DNA of 64,000 nt from Eledone cirrhosa (Eukaryota), in assembly GCA_964016885.1 (NCBI GenBank), contig OZ024740.1, forward strand, positions 152,830,001-152,894,000, in the 5' to 3' direction. Below, one piece after another: positions 26,741-40,005 of this stretch (within the stretch, counting starts at the first letter, position 1; each line of letters starts with the position of its first letter). The notes beneath the pieces are model-generated. The model made no database searches and was not told where the DNA came from. It saw only the letters and a program-made list of their open reading frames with translations. Position numbers and translations under genes: made by a program.

Positions 26741-29700
26741 CTACAGGCTGATATAGAGAGAAGGCCCATTCACTCGGGCCATTCTCGCTACTTTCACCCA
26801 TCTTTCATAAAACTCGCTGGGGTAGAGCACCTCTCTCTCCATTCTGATCCTTCTTCTAAAGTGGTACTTGAAAAAAAAGACCAGTTGTTGGCCGGAGAGA
26901 AAGGTGTCTGACCTCAGCCCTTTCAACCTTGTCCACCATACAACTTCTTTCGCCATGGCTATCACACAGAGGAAAACCGCCTCTCCTTCGTTTTTGAAAG
27001 GGGGAGGCGGTTTGATTGTGACAAATGTTCTCGGTGGTCAACCGGATTGGTCCCACCCGCGACAGTAGTCGTTCTACATAGCCCCACAGGTCAGCAACGC
27101 CCGGGCAGTGTACGAATGCGTGTGCGACGGTTTCCTCGTCACGCACGCATCTTGGACAGATCTTCTTCGAGGGGTCCCTACCCGGGCGCCCGTGTCTGTA
27201 GAGCTTGTCCCGAACGGGTAGAGCTCCTCGGTAACATTGCCAAGCCAGGGACTTTTGGAAGTTGTCCATCGGCCCCGGGCCAAACGTCCTACCGAACAGA
27301 CTGGCCAGCTCGTCTTCCTCCATGCCCAGAGCCTCTCCGAGAGCGTCGTCGCACTTACTGCGCACCAACCCTCTATAGAATGTTGAGGTTGAGTCTCCAC
27401 TGATTGCCGGATCCGCTTGCCAGAGGGCCGTGAGCGCCTGGGCACATTCAATGTGCCAGTCGCCCACTTTTCTCGGTCTTTGCTTGACCCAGGATTGCAG
27501 CTCGGTGAGTGAGACGAGTCTCGGAAAGGCTCGCCTCACAAACAGGGCCCACACCGGCTGACCAGTGAGGAATACCTGGAGGTGCCGTAGCCTTAATGCG
27601 TGTCTACGCATCGTCAGCCACGGCATCCGTTCGAAGGGTGTTGACAGCAGATGGATCTTCTCACCAAAGGAGCCCGCTTCTTCCAAAGAAATCGGAAGAG
27701 CGCGCGCTCCATTTTGGCGAGTGTTTTCTCTGGGCAAGGCACGACGGCCAAGCGGTAGTAGATGACGGACGCTATATAAGCGTTCGCCACCTCCGCTCGA
27801 CCTTTCAGGGATAGTTTGCACTCGGCCCACTTCTGGGCGAGTGCAAAGACCTTGCCCGTTACCTCGTCCCAGTTTTTCTCCACCTGGAGGTCCGGTCCGA
27901 ACCAGACCCCGAGCAGCTTCACCGGTCCCTCCGTCCAGCGTCCGACGATGCCGTCGGAGGGCATCGTTTTGCCCCTCCACGTCCCGAGTTGCAAACCGAC
28001 GGACTTGTCCCGGTTCAGCTTGGCTCCTGTGAACCTTTCATATTCCTCCAGTAAGGTGCCGATCTGCCCGATTTCCGAGGCGCACGACACCATTACTGTC
28101 ACGTCATCGGCGTAGGCCGACACCGCTTTCCGCAATCCCGGTTCCAAGGGGATGCCCTGCAACAGCTCCAGCTTCCGCAGTAGTGGCTCGAGAGCCAGCA
28201 CATACAGGAGGGGGGAGAGAGGGCATCCCTGTCGGATGGATCGCGTGATTTGGAACGGCTCCAAGAGGTAGCCGTTCACCTTGACCCTCGAGCAGGTGTT
28301 GCTGCTGTGCATTGCAGCAATCCAGCCCCTGAAAACGGGTCCGAAGCCTGCTGCCGCGAGCACTGCATCCAGGTACCGATGGTCAACCCTATCGAACGCC
28401 TTAGATTGATCCAAGTTGATCAGGGCCCCACCAAAGCCGGGTTCGTTCCCTACTCTCTCTACGATGTATCGCATGAGGTGGAGGTTGTCGTGTATGAACC
28501 TGGACGGGATTGCGCATGTCTGCGCTTCTCCCACCAGGTTCCCGACGACAAGCGCCAACCTCTTCGCTAACACCTTGGCCAAAATCTTTAACTCTGTGTT
28601 TAGCAGAGTTATGGGCCTGAAGTTATCTATGTCATCCCCCTTGTTCTCGTCCTTCCTCACCAGCGTGACTACGCCCTTGGTCACAGAACTGGGAATTCTC
28701 CCGTTCTGTTGCCAGTTGCAGTAGACCGCCTCGAGGAGACCGGAAAACAAGCCCGGCATCGCTACATAAAGTTCGTATGGTAGACGAACTTTATGTTGCG
28801 TTTGCCGCATTGGCTCAGCGCTTCCCCTATTTCAGCGGCTGAAATCGGCCTCTCGCAGGACTTCGCCTCCCCGTCCGAGAGCCGCGCCAGACCGTCGAGT
28901 TATGGAGCGAAATCCATGGCCCCACCCGGCCCGTCGCCCCTCCCAAACAGTCGTGCAAAGCGCCGTTGAAAGGCCGCGCTCATCCGCTCAGGTTCAAGGA
29001 TCACGCGTCCATCCTGGACTTTCAAATACCGAATCGTGGACTTGTTTCCACTTTTTGCCTCTGTCACTCGGGCCCAGCTAACAGCTTTGGCTCCCTCGTT
29101 ACCCAGAGCACGTATTTTACTCCTGACAACGCAGCCCCCGTGCTTCGCATCAAAGAACTGGTCTAGGGCCGTTCTTGAAGCCAGCACGCCGGCCACGTTG
29201 CTACTCCTAATCGCCTCTTCTACTCTATTTATTAATTCCCTTTCAGTTCTATTCCTATCTGATGCTAATTCCCGACTAAAACCTATCGATTCTATTCTAA
29301 TTTCTCTCTTTAGAGAGCCCCACCACCTGCTGTTGACAATTGCCCCTGTCAAACGCTGCTTAACTAGTGTGCTAATCCGCTTACTGTAAGCTTTGTTTGT
29401 CGGTAAAGACAAGTTTATCTTCCAGTAACCGGGTCCCTGTCTATGAGTTCTATCAAGGTTGACCACTCTGGTCACCAACTTGTGATCCGAATAGTCAACC
29501 ATGAACATTCGTGGACAGCTTAATATGTCCCTATCCTTATTTCTAACTAGGAACCTATCTAGGTACGACCTAGATGTTCCGCTGCGATTAGTCCACGTCC
29601 ACAGTGGCACAGTCGGAAAATCTAGTCGATATCTATCGGCCAGATCAAATCGGCCGATTAATCGTTTGAGGCTGTTACACCCCCCTCTATCGGGACATGC

Positions 29701-30161
29701 CCCTACATAGTCCCAACGTGCATCCAGGATGCCATTCCAGTCCCCCACTAAAAGCAAGGAGCGAGACGTTCCCAGGAAATTCTCCAGGCGTCGGAAGAAG
29801 TCCGGTCGCGGTGTCCCAGATGGGGCATACGCTGCCATCAGCCTGAAAGCTCCACCTTCACCACTGCCGACGTCTAAAACCACCAGTCGACCCTCCGGGT
29901 CCAGGTGTACCTTCTGTGTGGCAAGACCCAGGTATTTTCGCAGCAGAACGACAACCCCACCCCACCCCTCGGCTGACAGAGAGATGCGTAGATCTCAAAG
30001 TCGTCGAAGATGGGGGCCAGTTGGCGCTCGCTGCTGATCCTGGACTCGCAAATAACCATTACATCCACTCTGTGCGACCTGAGGTCATTTAAGAGTTTGC
30101 CCTGTTTCCAGGACTTCTCTAGGCCACGTGCATTCACACATCCAACTCTTATATTGGCCAT
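26741..30161 (-). pseudogene. Tx1 ORF2 (APE endonuclease, reverse transcriptase, C-terminal Cys/His region), frameshifted
   Basis: NARGL, LVGDWN, SYLDR, SDHK (APE); NFRPITLLN, LDQSKAFDRVDH, RQGCPLSP, YADD (RT); CPRC..ETVAHAFVHC. Split over several ORFs. Confidence 0.93.
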
Positions 30162-30203
30162 GTTGGTGCTGAAGAGTTAAAAAGGAAGAGGAAAGGAAAT
30201 TAC

Positions 30204-31975
30204 TTACCTCTTCGTCTCCTGGGGACCAGGCTGCACAATTTCCATGGGGGTGTTGGAAGGGTTGTTTGGTGGGGTGGTGGTTTGTGGTGGGGTGAGGACA
30301 TCAGTGTGTGGTGGGATTAGGGTGTTTGGTGGGGTGTGGGTGTCTGGTGTGGGTGTGGGGAAACATCTCAATAGGACGTGGTTAAGTGGTTTGGTGCAGT
30401 TGGTCCCCACATGCATTGGATGGTTCTTTTTCAAAGTTACATAGGTTTCCGTTGGGACCCTAATCATCATTAGGTGCGGTTTGTTCGCTGCGTAGGTGAA
30501 AGTGATCCCTTCGGTTTCCACCGAAGGGTTATTTTCTATTGCTTTCATCAAATTTTTATTGTTCTTGTTAATGTATGTATAGAGTTTTTGTTGTGTTGTG
30601 TTTGTTTTTGTTTGTTGTTCTTGTGCGTATTTGCGTTTTGTAGTATGTGTTATGTTTTGGGGAGGGGTGGGTTTTTTTGTTTGTGATGTTTGTTCTATTT
30701 GTGCTGGTGGTTGTGTGTTTGTAGCATTTTTGTTAATGTGGTGCCTTTTTTTTCCTTTTCACCTGTTGAAAGGGTTCTCCCTCGTCGTCACTGGGTGACG
30801 TTGATACGGAGTCCTCTTCCGTGTTGTTGGGGAGGGGTATATTTGGGGGTTTTGTTGTGGTTGCTTTTGTATTTGTTTTAGGTGGGGAGGGGTTGGGTGG
30901 AACAGTGTTTTGTGTTGTTATTTTTCCGTGTTGTTGTGGTTGTTGTTGTTGTTGTTGTTGTGGTGGTGGTGGTGGTGGTGGTGGTGGTGGTGGTTGTGTT
31001 GTTGTGTTCGGGGTTGGCAGAAGAGCCTTTTTTTTTACTCGTTAATTGAGGACAGGCAGCCCTCAGGTGACCCCTGCTTAAGCAGTGGTAACATGACGGC
31101 CGCCTTCCCTCCACTGAAATGTTTATATAAGCTAGCCCGTCCAGAGGCACGCTGGTCCCACCAAATACACCCCCGGAGGACTTTCCTATTGAAATTATCT
31201 TGTTTTCATTAAAGTCAATGATTCCACATAGTATCCACCAAATATTTACATTTGGTGTGACACTCATTATTTTTATTCTTTGTGTCCTTTTTCCCCTGTA
31301 TGTGGGGAAAAAGGTGAAGTGGTGGGACACAATGGGTGATACCGAGTATTTTTGTTCTGTTGACTGGTTGTTCATTAGCACCGAAATGCTACCAAACAGT
31401 TTACCTTTTTGTATGAAGGTTATGTCCTTCATTGCATCTTTTAGAACCAGTCAATTTCATTTTGTGATAATTGAGCTGGTTTTCTTGTTCCGTTCGATAT
31501 TGTCCTGAAAACCACAGTTTTCAGGACAGCCTCTCTACGTAATTCCTGTGGAGAATTGATGCTAAAAGCACCGTTTTCGCCAAAAGTCACGAATTGTTTT
31601 GCGTCTTGTAGTAGTTGTTTAGCATTTGTTATGTCAAGTGACGTGTATAGTTCGTTTTTTTTTAGTCTGTGCGAACGTTGTTTTGGTGTTGTTGTCTTTT
31701 TTGTTGCTGCTGTTGTTGTCACTGTTGGTAATATTGTTCATGTTTTCCTTGGTATTGCTATTGTTGCAGTTGTTGGTTGTGGTGTTATTGTCATTGTTCT
31801 TGTTGTTGGTGCTGGTATTATTTACCGGGTTTGATTTCGTGGTTTCAATATTTTCAACGTTTTTCGATAATGCGAGGGGGGAAGACTGCAAGCTTTGTAC
31901 TCCTACCTTCCCTCCTCCACTTTTCTTAGTGGGCGAGGCACTCACGACAGTGTGCGAGGTTGAAATGGCATCCAT
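30204..31975 (-). pseudogene. Tx1 ORF1 (gag-like, zinc knuckle), frameshifted
   Basis: VEGRRPSCYHCLSRGHLRAAC (CX2CX4HX4C), Thr/Asn low-complexity tracts; C-terminal part homologous to family B ORF1 (TY.TLK..P..G). Confidence 0.8.
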
Positions 31976-32179
31976 TGCTGACTACCAAGTCTACACAGTT
32001 TTGAGATGAAAATGAAAATTTCGCCACAGAAAGGGGCGAAAATTAGTTGACTCAACGTCTGAAGGCCCAGGCAAGGGGTTAAACTAAACAATGCTATTAA
32101 ATTGAGCAATGAACTCACAGTTTTTTTGACAATAATCCGTAAAAGTCCGGAGCGAAGTAATTCACGTCTATATCAGGTG

Positions 32180-33290
32180 CTAATTGATATTGAGAGGGGT
32201 ATTGGAAGAGAGTTCCGTGTAGTAGATATAGAGAGGGGGAGTTTCGTGGTAATGAATAGAGTGAGAGGACATGAGAGAGAGTGTTGTATAGTAGATATAG
32301 AGAGGTGGAAGATATTGATGTTTATTGATATAGAGAGTGGGGTTGGAAGAGAGTTTCGTATAGTAGATATATAGCGAGGGAGAGTTTGGTGCTAAATGAT
32401 ATATAGAGGGGAGTTGGGAGAGAGTGTTGTATGGTTGATGTAGAGACGGGGAGAGTTTGGTGGTAATGAATAGAATGAGAGGATTGATAGAGATAGGTAC
32501 GGAAAGATATAGAGGGGGACAGTTTGGTAGTGATGGATAGAGTGAGAGGGAATGAGAGATAGAGTGTTGTATGGTAGATATAGAGAGGGGATAGTTTGGT
32601 GGTAAATTGATATAGAGAGTGGTTTGGGAGAGTGTGTTGTATATTACTTATAGAGAGGGGGAAGGATTGATCCTTATTGATATAGAGAGGGGGCTTGGAA
32701 GAGAATTCCGTGAAGTAGATATAGAGGGGGGAGAGTTTGGTGTTAATTGATATAGAAAGTGTGAGAGGGGGAGTGTTTGGTGGTAATGAATAGAAGGAGA
32801 GGATAGATAGAGATATGTATTGATATATATATAGAGGGGGAGAGTTTGGTAGTGATGGATAGAGTGATAGGGAATGAGGGAGAGTGTTGTATGGTAGATA
32901 TGGAGAGGAGGATAGTTTGGTGGTAAATGATATAGAGAGGGGGATTGGGAGAGAGAGTGTCGTGTAGTAGATATAGAGAGGTGCAGAGTTCATTGTTTGT
33001 AAATATAATGAGGGTGTTGGGAGAGATAAAAATTGCTAAATATAGTGAGGGGATTGGGAGAGACAGTATCATAAAGATATAGAGGGGGAGTTTGTGATGG
33101 ATAGAGAGAGAACGGTTACGAGAAAGTGTAGCAGAGATGGGGAGAGGAAGAGTTTGGAGGTGATTGATATAAAGAGGGGATTGGGAGAGTGTTTTGTATG
33201 TTAGATATAGAGGGGGAGAATTTGATGGGTTGTAGATATAGAGAAAGGATAATGGGAGAATGCCGTCTAGTAGACATAGAGAGGGTCCAA
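32180..33290. repeat. Purine-rich degenerate satellite (GATATAGAGAGGGGGA subunits, ~30 bp spacing)
   Basis: Dozens of gatatagagagggg motifs alternating with gagtttggtggtaa / gagagtgttgtat spacers. Confidence 0.85.
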
Positions 33291-33309
33291 AATAATAGAA
33301 GGGGGAAAT

Positions 33310-34400
33310 AAGGGTGGGCGCTTGGGAAATCGGTAATTGTGTGAAGAGACTACAGTGGGCAACAGTATTCAAGGTGAGGCTGGGCAACTGTATGGAAGAG
33401 AAAGATGAAGGTGTGAATATTTCTACACCGGAAAGTTCTAAGAATCCAGAAGCACATTATGTGGGCCATGTCAGCATTGTTGTTTATGTAGTTACTCCAG
33501 CTTAAGTTGTTATCGACAATTACTCCAAGGTCTCTTGTGTTGCTAGATGCCACGAGGGTTTCTCCAGGGGTAAGGGAATATGGTAACTTCAGTGCAACCT
33601 CTTTTCCAAAGTGGATTAATTCATCCTCGTTTAGAAGAAATTTTTTTTTTAGCTCTTTGGATAACAATAAACAGGTCCGATTGAAGGCATTTCCGGTCTC
33701 CCACTCTGTTGATGACCTTCTGGAGCTTGGAATCATCTGCGAAAATTCTCATTTCGCTGTGCTTCATGACGTCTATCATGGTATTGATGTAAATAATGAA
33801 AAGAAGTAGGCCCAACACATTTCCTTGTGGGAGGCCCCTACTAACTTTGGTTCAGCTTGATCGTATTCCTTCGATCCCAACAGGCTGGGCTCTGTTCATC
33901 AGGAAACACTTAAACCACTGTTGTAGCTTCCCACAGACTCCGATGTTGGATAGTTTCTTCAACGGGATGCTCTGAACAACCCTGTCAAAGGCTTTGCTTT
34001 GGTAGGGTTGATCACAGTGTTGCATCCCTTTCCCAAAGCCTTTAGGATGTCATCAAAGTGAGGCGGAAACTGCATTATGTGGGCCTTTGCCATCGCTGAA
34101 CCCATGCTAGCTAGAGTTCAGCAGATTGTTGCTTTCGAAGATGTGAGTTATTTGTGATCTCACTACCCTTAATGATATGAGAGGTAATTCACTGATTTGT
34201 TCCCCTTTTTGAAGACTGGGATGACAAACTGGCACAGGAAATGTTCAAGGATATAACCCGCGTCCAGTGAGGTCCTCTAGAGATTAGCTAGAGGGGATGC
34301 AAGTTGCTGTCGACACTCCTTCATTCTTACCATTTTTCTCAAGGGAAATGCCTTCTCTATTCTGTCTGCTGTGAGATAGGTGAGGAGAGCGGGTGAGACG
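33310..34400 (-). pseudogene. Degenerate CR1/L2-group LINE reverse transcriptase fragment
   Basis: KAFDRV, PQGNVLGLLLFIIYIN, FADDSKL, RDLGVIVDNNLSW, PHLEYCCPL. Confidence 0.85.
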
Positions 34401-34443
34401 GAGGCAGTGACATTGGGAATTTGATTCTATTATATTCAGTTCT

Positions 34444-34616
34444 AAAGGGTGGTGAATTGGCAGTATCGGTAGAGGGTCGGACATGCTTAACAGCATAGTT
34501 ACGTCCCTTTACATTCTGAGTTCAAATCTCGCCGAGGTTAACTTTGCCTTTCATCCTTACGGGGTCGATAAAATAAAGTACCAGTAATTTCTGGCCTTGT
34601 GCCAAAAGTAGAAACA
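34444..34616 (+). mobile_element. SINE copy with 15 bp TSD
   Basis: TSD attatattcagttct at 34429-34443 and 34617-34631. Confidence 0.88.
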
Positions 34617-35158
34617 ATTATATTCAGTTCTTGTTAGGAAGTTTTTTTATAACCATGAAAGTTATTTTAACTATTAATACTTGTGTTTCGTTTTTCTATT
34701 TCTAATGAGACCGTACTTAGTTTTGTTCAGAGATATCGATGGAGTATGTTTTACACATATATTTGTAACGGTTTTTACAATATCTGTCAAGATATTTTGA
34801 TGTTGATGGCGATGGGGAGGGGGGGGGGGACCAGTCAACATGTTTGAAAGATCATGAATGATTGCATCCCTGTTTTTTTTATTATGAAGATCTGTGTTAT
34901 CAAAAGGATGGACTAGAGAAAGGTCATTGGGTTTAACTTATAGATGGTAGAGATGTTATTTTTTCTGGGTTTTTTTTTGGTTTTTTCACTGCAATATTGT
35001 GGTTAGTTTTAGTGTGGTTACTAAACTACGTCCAAAATATGTTTTGGTGCGAGCACAAGTTGGGGCAGGAAAAACTCACCCATGAAGTCCGAAAAGTGAC
35101 TCAACACTGATATATATATATATATATATATATACTCGTATAAATATATGTAGAATTC

Positions 35159-35204
<46 letters not shown>

Positions 35205-35595
35205 GAAAAGTATAGAAATTATTGTAGCAAGAAGCCAACACAATTCCATAATATATATATATGTATATATATTCGTATAAATATGTATAGAATTTATATA
35301 TATATATATATAGAGAGAGAATATAAAACAATCAAATTTTTGTTTAATGCATTTAATTGCTGACGATCGTATTTATAACTGTATATAGATAATATATATA
35401 TAAGTATAAATACTATTATATATATATATATATATAAAGAATGAATAATTCTTTATATACACTCCGGAATACAGAAGGATCAGGAACTAAGTTTCTTCAA
35501 CAATTCTTCCATAACTCGTAGAGTAACCTCTTACCGTACGTCAACCATATCTAGTGTAGTAATTAACCATTACTACATCTTGGATAATCCTATAC

Positions 35596-35666
<71 letters not shown>

Positions 35667-35689
35667 TCGTTTTAAATATTTATAGAATT

Positions 35690-35727
<38 letters not shown>

Positions 35728-35729
<2 letters not shown>

Positions 35730-35900
35730 AAGATGAAAATGCGAATTTGAAGATGTTAGGGTCCTTTATTAATTAATAAAGGACCCTAACATTTTCAACT
35801 TCGCATTTTCCTCTTTACTAATATACTCCGTCATCCTTGTTTTTAGGAAGTCATATGATGTTGAGTGCTAGAATTGAGTTACATCCTTATATACCGAATG
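35728..35900. repeat. Fold-back fragment in a (TA)n island (probable PLE remnant)
   Basis: ~44 bp inverted arms centred on ttattaattaataa at ~35772, then a unique tail to (TA)n/(TG)n. Confidence 0.55.
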
Positions 35901-35921
35901 TATATATATATGTGTGTGTGT

Positions 35922-36006
<85 letters not shown>

Positions 36007-36249
36007 CATCTACTGGATTCTTCTCAACATTATTCTATGGAAGATAGAGAATTATTACGAAACTCCCTGTGACCTAATTCCTCAGTAAAGTGTTTACTTG
36101 AAGAGACAGATATCCTGTAGAATTGACTCACTCTAGTGTATATTATTGACTCTGGTGTTTCTTTCCTACGGGAATATTTGAAATTCCGTTCTCCACTTCT
36201 CTGTGGCTTGGCTGCAGAAATATATCAGGAAATACTCGAAAATGTCAGG

Positions 36250-36299
<50 letters not shown>

Positions 36300-36541
36300 T
36301 TTTCTTTATTAACCACAAGGGTTCACATAAAGTAGACATTAAGGACAGTACAGGACAATACAGGACGGTACAAATGGGCATTTCTGCGTGTAAAAAAACA
36401 GAGGTTGAAATAAAATAACAAAGAAAAATTCCCCAATAGGGGGGAGACTTCCAAGGGACATTTGTGGAGAAAGCCCATTAAAAGACCACAGTGGCCCTGA
36501 CCACCAGGGCAAGTGCCCTCTCCCAGTTTTCCACCTTTAAT

Positions 36542-39500
36542 TTACAGATACATACTCAGAGAAGGCCCATTCATTCGGGCCATACTTGCTTCTCTCACCC
36601 ATCTTTCAACAAAATGCTGGGAAGAGAGCACCTCCCTCTCTACCCTGATTTTCCTTTTCAAATGAAATTTGAAAAAGTTAATCAGGGCATCACCGAAGAG
36701 GTAAGTGCTCGTCTTCAGCCCTTTCAAACGTGTCCACCATACTATCTCTTTCGCCATGGCCACCAGACAGATAAAAACTGCCTGCCCTTCCAGGCTAAAG
36801 GAAGGGGGCGGGGCAATCCTCACGATGGACTCAGCTGATAGCCGGATCCGTCCTACACGTGACAGCAGGTGTTCGACATAAACCCACAGGTCAGCAATGC
36901 TCGGACACTGGACGAGTGCGTGCAGGACGGTTTGGTCGCCCTGCGCGCATCTCGGACATGCCCGGCTGACGGCACCTCCATGCCTGTAGAGTTTATCCCG
37001 AACTGGCAAAGCTCCTCGGTAGCACTGCCAGGCCAGGGATTTCTGGAAGTTGTCCATAGGCCCCGGCCCGAAAGTCCTTCCGAAGAGATTGGCTAGTTGA
37101 TTTTCGTCGTCGCCTAGAGTTTCTCCAAGTACGTCGTCGCTCTTACCCTCCACTAATCCCCTATAGAAACGCCAAGGTGGAGTTTCCACCGATCACATTG
37201 CCCGATTGGTCGAGGGCTGTGAGCGCCTGAAGACATTCCAGTCACCAAGCGCTCCCTCTCGGTCTTCGCTTGACCCAGGACTGCAGCTCCGTCAAGGAGA
37301 CGAGCTGGAGAAAAACGTGTCTTGCAAACGGCGACCACACCTGATCACCGTCGAGGAAGAGGTGGATATGTCGTAGCCTGAGCGCGTGTCTGCGCATCAT
37401 CAGCCACGGCATGCCCAGCCCTCCACGTAGCGGGTGTTGACAGCAGATGGACCGCCTGACCATCGGAGCGCGTCCCTTCCACAAGAAGCGAAAGAGCAAA
37501 CGCTCCAGCGCAGTCAGGTGGGGCTTAGGACAAGGTACGACGGTCAGGCGGTAGTAGATGACGGACGCGTTGTACGCGTTAGCCACCTCCGCTCGACCTT
37601 TCAGGGATAGCTTCCTCTCGGCCCATTTCTGGGTGAGAGAAGCCACCCTGCTCGTCACCTCGTCCCAGTTTTTGTCCGTCTGGAGGTCTGGACCGAACCA
37701 GACCCCTAGCAATTTAACCGGTCCGTCCGTCCAGCGCCCGACGACTCTGTTGGACGGCATGGACCTGCCTCTCCAGGTGCCGAGCTGCAGGCCCACTGAC
37801 TTTTCCTGGTTGATCATTGCTCCTGTCACCGCTTCGTATTCTCTTAGTGTAGTGCCGATCGCCTCGATGTGTTTGGCGTTCGACACCACTACGGTGACAT
37901 CGTCGGCATATGCTGACACGGATCTTCCGCATCCTAGTTCGCGCGGGACCCCCCCCCCTCAACGTCTCCAGTTTGTGCAGTAATGGCTCGAGAGTCAATA
38001 CGTACAATAGGGACGAGAGGGGACATCCTTGGCGGACCGAGCGCATGATGTTGAACGGTTCCGAAAGGTGACCGTTCACTCTCACTACAGAGCAGATGTC
38101 GCTGTGCATGGCAGCGATCCAGCCTCTGAAGACGGGCCCAAAGCCAGCCGCCCTCAGGACTGCCGTTAGGTAACGATGGTCGACCCTATCGAAGGCTTTC
38201 GACTGATCTAAATTGATCAAAGACCCACCCGTGCCAGGTTCCCTAGCTACCCTCTCTACGATGTATCGCATGAGGTAGAGGTTGTCGTGGATAGATCTGT
38301 CGGGAATGGCGCATGTCTGTGCCTCTCCCACCAGACCACCAACGACAAGCGCCAACCTCTTTGCTAGCACCTTGGCCAAAATCTTGAACTCTGTGTTTAG
38401 CAGAGTTATGGGCCTAAAATTATCTATGTTATCCCCCTTGTTCGGATCCTTTCTCAGCAGCGCCACCGCTCCTCGGCTCACAGAGCTGGGAATTCTCCCG
38501 TTCTGTTGCCAGTTGCAGTAGACGTCCGCCAAGAGGCCTCCGAACAAGTTTGGCATTTGTACGTAAAGTTCATAGGGCAGACCATCCAAACCAGGCGATT
38601 TACCCCTTGTGCAACTAGTCATTGCATCCCGTACTTCAGCGGTTGTTATCGGCTTTTCGCAACACTCCGCCTCAGTGGCCGAAAGCCGCGGCAGTCCGTC
38701 GAGGTAGACACTAAAGTCCATCCCTCGATCCGGCCCGCCACTGCCCCCGAACAGTTGAGCGAAGTGTCGCTGAAAAGCTTCACACATTTGCCCGGGATCG
38801 AGTAGCATGCGCCCGTCGTGGTCCACCAAAGACCGGATCGTGGCTTTGTTGCCACGACGCGCCTCCGCCACTCGGGCCCATTGAACGGCTTTCGTCCCCT
38901 CGTGTCTGAGAGCACGCACACTAGCTCTGACAACGCAGCCTTCGTGCTTTGCATTGAAGAATTGGTCAAGGGCCAATTTCACCGCAAGTACGTCGGTCGC
39001 GATGCCTTTGCTAAGCGCCTCATCTAATTTTCTAACTAATTCTCCCTCTGCTCTATTTTTCTCTATTGCTAAAGTCTTACTAAACCTAATGGACTCTATT
39101 CTAATTGCTCTTTTCAGAGCAAACCACCACTTGTTGTTGACGATGGCCCCCGTCAACGCCCGCTTAACTAGTTCGCTAATCCGGTCTCTGTAGGCCTTGC
39201 GCGCTGGTATGGACGCGTTTGGCTTCCAGTAGCCGGGTCCTCGTCTATGAAGCCTATCTAAGTCAAGCACACAGATCACGAATTTGTGGTCCGTGTAGCT
39301 GACTATCTTGAATTGTGGACAGCCTATGCTAGACCTATCTATTTCCATACAAAATACTCTATCTAGATATGATCTGGATGACCCTATGCGATTTGTCCAA
39401 GTCCACATTGGTACATTCGGGAAATCCATTCGGTACCTGTCAGACAGTTCAAAACGCCTGAGCAGGTTGGTGAGACTCTTGCACCCTCCTTCCCTATCCA

Positions 39501-39966
39501 CTAATCCCACACAATCCCAGCGTGCATCTAAGATCCCGTTCCAGTCGCCCACTAACACTAAAGAGCGGGACGTTCCAAGAAAGGTCTCCAGACGCCGGAA
39601 GAAATCAGGCCGCCCTGCTCCTGTCGGGGCATAGACGGCCACTAACCTGAAAGCTTGCCCGTCTCCGCTGGTCACGTCCAGCACCACCAACTTACCTTCT
39701 GGGTCCAGGAAGATGGCCCGTATGGCAAGATCCAAACCTCTCCGAAAAAGCACAGCAACTCCTCCCCCCGATCCCGGACGGCTGGGAGATGCGTACACAT
39801 CGTAGCCGCCGAAGATCGGTGCGAAAGCCTGAGCTTCGGAGATTCTGGTCTCGCTGATGGCCACTACATCTATGTTTAGTGACCTGAGGTCGTTGAGCAG
39901 GTGGCCCTGCTTCCATGACGACCCCAAGCCACGCGCATTTATGCTGCCTATTCTGAGTGAGGTCAT
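36542..39966 (-). pseudogene. Tx1 ORF2 (APE-RT), frameshifts near 37950, 37243 and 37165
   Basis: 750 aa open from MTSLRIGSINARG through RQGCPLS; YADD and the C-terminus lie in later frames. Confidence 0.93.
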
Positions 39967-40005
39967 GTTGAAAAGGAGTGGAAAAGATGGGAAAGACCAC
40001 TTACC

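Larger units (their letters stand above)
26498..32180 (-). mobile_element. Near-full-length Tx1-type non-LTR retrotransposon, family A (disabled)
   Basis: 5' end gcacctgatatagacgtg..gctccgg, ORF1 with CCHC knuckle, ORF2 APE+RT, 3' end gccctggtggcaaataaatagaaatatatatcta. Confidence 0.93.

Noticed and set aside
37948-37958. Poly-G run as a programmed frameshift in ORF2
   Set aside because: Run length differs between copies and copy 2 stays in frame; homopolymer slippage or sequencing error is more likely.
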